Source: an uncultured Candidatus Saccharibacteria bacterium
Lineage (GTDB): Bacteria > Patescibacteriota > Minisyncoccia > Minisyncoccales > GWA2-38-27
Assembly (NCBI GenBank): GCA_964483075.1
Contig: CAYZZO010000001.1
Coordinates: 1-29,988 of the forward strand
Direction of reading: 5' to 3'
DNA length: 29,988 nucleotides
The notes under the pieces: model-generated
What the model was told of the DNA's origin: nothing
Databases searched by the model: none
Seen by the model: only the letters and a program-made list of their open reading frames with translations
In this document: positions 28,093-29,988 of the stretch, piece by piece
Position numbering within the stretch: the stretch's first letter is position 1
Layout: the number at the start of each line of letters is the position of its first letter
Position numbers and translations under genes: made by a program

Positions 28093-28227
28093 TTAAACCG
28101 TAAGTTTTCTTTTTCCTTTTTTTCTCCTTTCTGATAATATTTTTCTGCCCTGTTTAGTTTTTTGCCTGGCCATAAATCCGTGAACTTTTTTCCTCTTCTT
28201 TTTTTTGGGATTATAGGTAATAGACAT
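28093..28227 (-). CDS. rpmH: 50S ribosomal protein L34 (not in the ORF track; altered central motif)
   Basis: Manual translation: MSITYNPKKKKRKKFTDLWARQKTKQGRKILSERRKKGKRKLTV*, 44 aa. Canonical position between dnaA and rnpA. Confidence 0.9.
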   Translation of the reverse strand: MSITYNPKKKKRKKVHGFMARQKTKQGRKILSERRKKGKRKLTV

Positions 28228-28263
28228 ATTTTTTTTAAAAATTATCCTTGATTCTTGATTTAT

Positions 28264-28292
28264 AGTGTAGTATTAAATTAAATATAAGTCAA
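28264..28292 (-). promoter_or_regulatory. Promoter of the rpmH-rnpA-yidD-yidC-jag operon
   Basis: Minus strand TTGACT-17 nt-TACACT. Confidence 0.65.
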
Positions 28293-28369
28293 TTTTAGTA
28301 AATTAAGAACTTAGAGGACTGATATTATTATCTTTCTATTTAGTTTATTTTTAGCTTGGCTTTATAGAA

Positions 28370-28412
28370 TAATTAACATAATATCCACAAATTATTAACA
28401 ATTTTATCCCCT
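28370..28412. other. DnaA-box cluster upstream of dnaA (oriC/dnaA autoregulation region)
   Basis: atatccaca (8/9 to TTATNCACA) at 28381, flanked by taattaaca (28370), ttattaaca (28392) and ttatcccct (28404). Confidence 0.6.
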
Positions 28413-28462
28413 TTCCTCTGTCTTTTTTACTTTTCCTTCATGGTTTTGACAGATATTACATA

Positions 28463-28471
28463 TGATATAAT
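28463..28471 (+). promoter_or_regulatory. Extended -10 promoter of dnaA (probably leaderless)
   Basis: TGaTATAAT ends 6 nt before the ATG. A TTGACA lies at 28446, but with only a 14-nt spacer. Confidence 0.6.
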
Positions 28472-28477
28472 TAAACT

Positions 28478-29833
28478 ATGACAAACGAAGAGCTTTGGCA
28501 ATCAGTCCTTGCCCGAATCCAACTAAATATATCTCAGGCAAATTTTGCAACATGGTTTAAGAATACGAAAATCGATTCTCAAAAAAAAGGGAAAGCGATT
28601 GTTTCTGTTCCAAATTCTTTTGTTAAGGAATGGTTAGAAAACAAATACAATAAAGACATCCTGAAAATAGTTTATGAAATTAATACTGATATTAAAAAAA
28701 TTGAATACGTTGTTAGGGAACAGAAAAATGAAACCCTAAAAAAAGTTCCAGACGTTCTACCTCAAACAAAAATAAACCAGCTCGATTTTCCCCAACTTAA
28801 GATTGATGGGAAAAGCAATCTCAATCCCCGCTATACTTTCGATTCATTTATCGTTGGCCCTTTTAATGAATTGCCGCACGCCGCCGCCATTGCCGTAGCA
28901 AAAAACCCTGGCTTTATTTATAATCCGTTGTTTATTTATGGTGGAACAGGGCTTGGTAAAACTCATATTTTACAAGCCGTTGGGAATGAAGTAATGAAGA
29001 ATTTTAAAAAAAAGAAAATACAATATATTCCTTCTGAAAAATTTACCTCTGAGGTGGTTTCTGCTATTAGAAACCATCAAATGGAAATATTTAAAGAAAA
29101 ATATAGGAAAGTCGATGTTTTGATTATTGACGATATTCAATTCTTAGCCGGAAAAGAAAAAACCCAAGAAGAATTCTTTCATGTTTTTAACGTTTTATAC
29201 GAAAACAATAAACAAATTGTTTTATCTTCGGATAGGCCGCCACGAGCTATCCAATCATTGGCAGAGAGATTAAAATCAAGGTTTGAAGGCGGAATGATAG
29301 CAGACATAAGCTCTCCAGACTTAGAAACGAAAATTGCTATTTTAAAAACAAAAGCTCAAGAAAAAAAAGTAGATTTCTCAAGCGATATTTATGAATATAT
29401 CGCCTCCATTATTAAAAAAAATATTAGAGAATTAGAAGGAGCGCTAAACCATTTAATTGTTTATCAAAAACTTAATGGTAAAAAACCTGACATTGAGACA
29501 GTAAAAAATATTTTTAAAGATTTATTTTCTGCGCCACGCTCTATAGTAACTCCGAAAATGATTATCCAAGAAGTGGCTAATTTTTATGAGATAAAAGAAA
29601 AAGACATTCTATCTGTTTCAAGAAAAAAAGAATTTGTCGAGCCACGTCAAATAGCAATGTATTTATTAAGAGAAGAATTAAACAGTTCTTTTCCCTCTAT
29701 TGGAAGAAAGTTTAACGGAAGAGATCATACAACCGCTATCCACTCTTATAAAAAAATTTCAGGAGAGATAATAAAAAATAAAAAACTAGAAGAAGAGATT
29801 GGTATAATTAAAGAGAAAATCTTAAATGGGTGA
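28478..29833 (+). CDS. dnaA: Chromosomal replication initiator DnaA
   Basis: NPRYTFDSFIVG, YNPLFIYGGTGLGKTH, DVLIIDDIQF, RLKSRFEGG, NIRELEGAL, domain IV RDHTTAIHS. Confidence 0.99.
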   Translation: MTNEELWQSVLARIQLNISQANFATWFKNTKIDSQKKGKAIVSVPNSFVKEWLENKYNKDILKIVYEINTDIKKIEYVVREQKNETLKKVPDVLPQTKINQLDFPQLKIDGKSNLNPRYTFDSFIVGPFNELPHAAAIAVAKNPGFIYNPLFIYGGTGLGKTHILQAVGNEVMKNFKKKKIQYIPSEKFTSEVVSAIRNHQMEIFKEKYRKVDVLIIDDIQFLAGKEKTQEEFFHVFNVLYENNKQIVLSSDRPPRAIQSLAERLKSRFEGGMIADISSPDLETKIAILKTKAQEKKVDFSSDIYEYIASIIKKNIRELEGALNHLIVYQKLNGKKPDIETVKNIFKDLFSAPRSIVTPKMIIQEVANFYEIKEKDILSVSRKKEFVEPRQIAMYLLREELNSSFPSIGRKFNGRDHTTAIHSYKKISGEIIKNKKLEEEIGIIKEKILNG

Positions 29834-29988
29834 ATAAGTTGTTATTAACTTTGTTAATTAATTGTTTCTAAAAAGGTTAAAATATTTGGAAAAATACAGG
29901 TATTGAGATATTAACCGATTATTACGTTTTTAAGAACACAATAATTAACAATTTTTGAAAGATAGTGTTGTGTATAAAAAATATTTAT
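29829..29988. other. AT-rich oriC-like region downstream of dnaA
   Basis: Perfect TTATACACA box on the minus strand (29969-29977) and ttattcacc on the minus strand (29829-29837). Several T(T/A)ATTAACA-type 9-mers. Truncated by the window end. Confidence 0.7.

Overview
AT-rich, gene-dense bacterial chromosome segment in standard genetic code that ends at the replication origin (jag-yidC-yidD-rnpA-rpmH <> dnaA, with DnaA-box clusters on both sides of dnaA). The short YidC, PilX/PilB-type pilus genes, lamin-tail protein, PrgI/VirB4 block and scarce Shine-Dalgarno sites suggest a Patescibacteria (Parcubacteria-like) genome; this is an inference. Housekeeping genes: ligA, rpsT, holA, mutM, a stand-alone PolI 5'-3' exonuclease, tsaE, ruvB, yebC, ruvC, tyrS and a class A PBP. 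Two blocks stand out. (1) A 5.6-kb signalling cluster at 6023-11582 holds a kinase-less membrane sensor, two soluble PAS histidine kinases and three output-less receiver proteins. (2) A relaxase-free PrgI/VirB4 operon at 22284-26052 lies next to oriC. Non-coding highlights are a promoter-driven 6S-like RNA candidate (about 14800-14945), other structured intergenic tracts, periodic-repeat hairpins and a recurring non-canonical DnaA-box-like 9-mer. The unannotated rpmH carries a compensated double frameshift that rewrites its conserved HGF motif. I found no tRNA, rRNA, CRISPR array, integrase or transposase.
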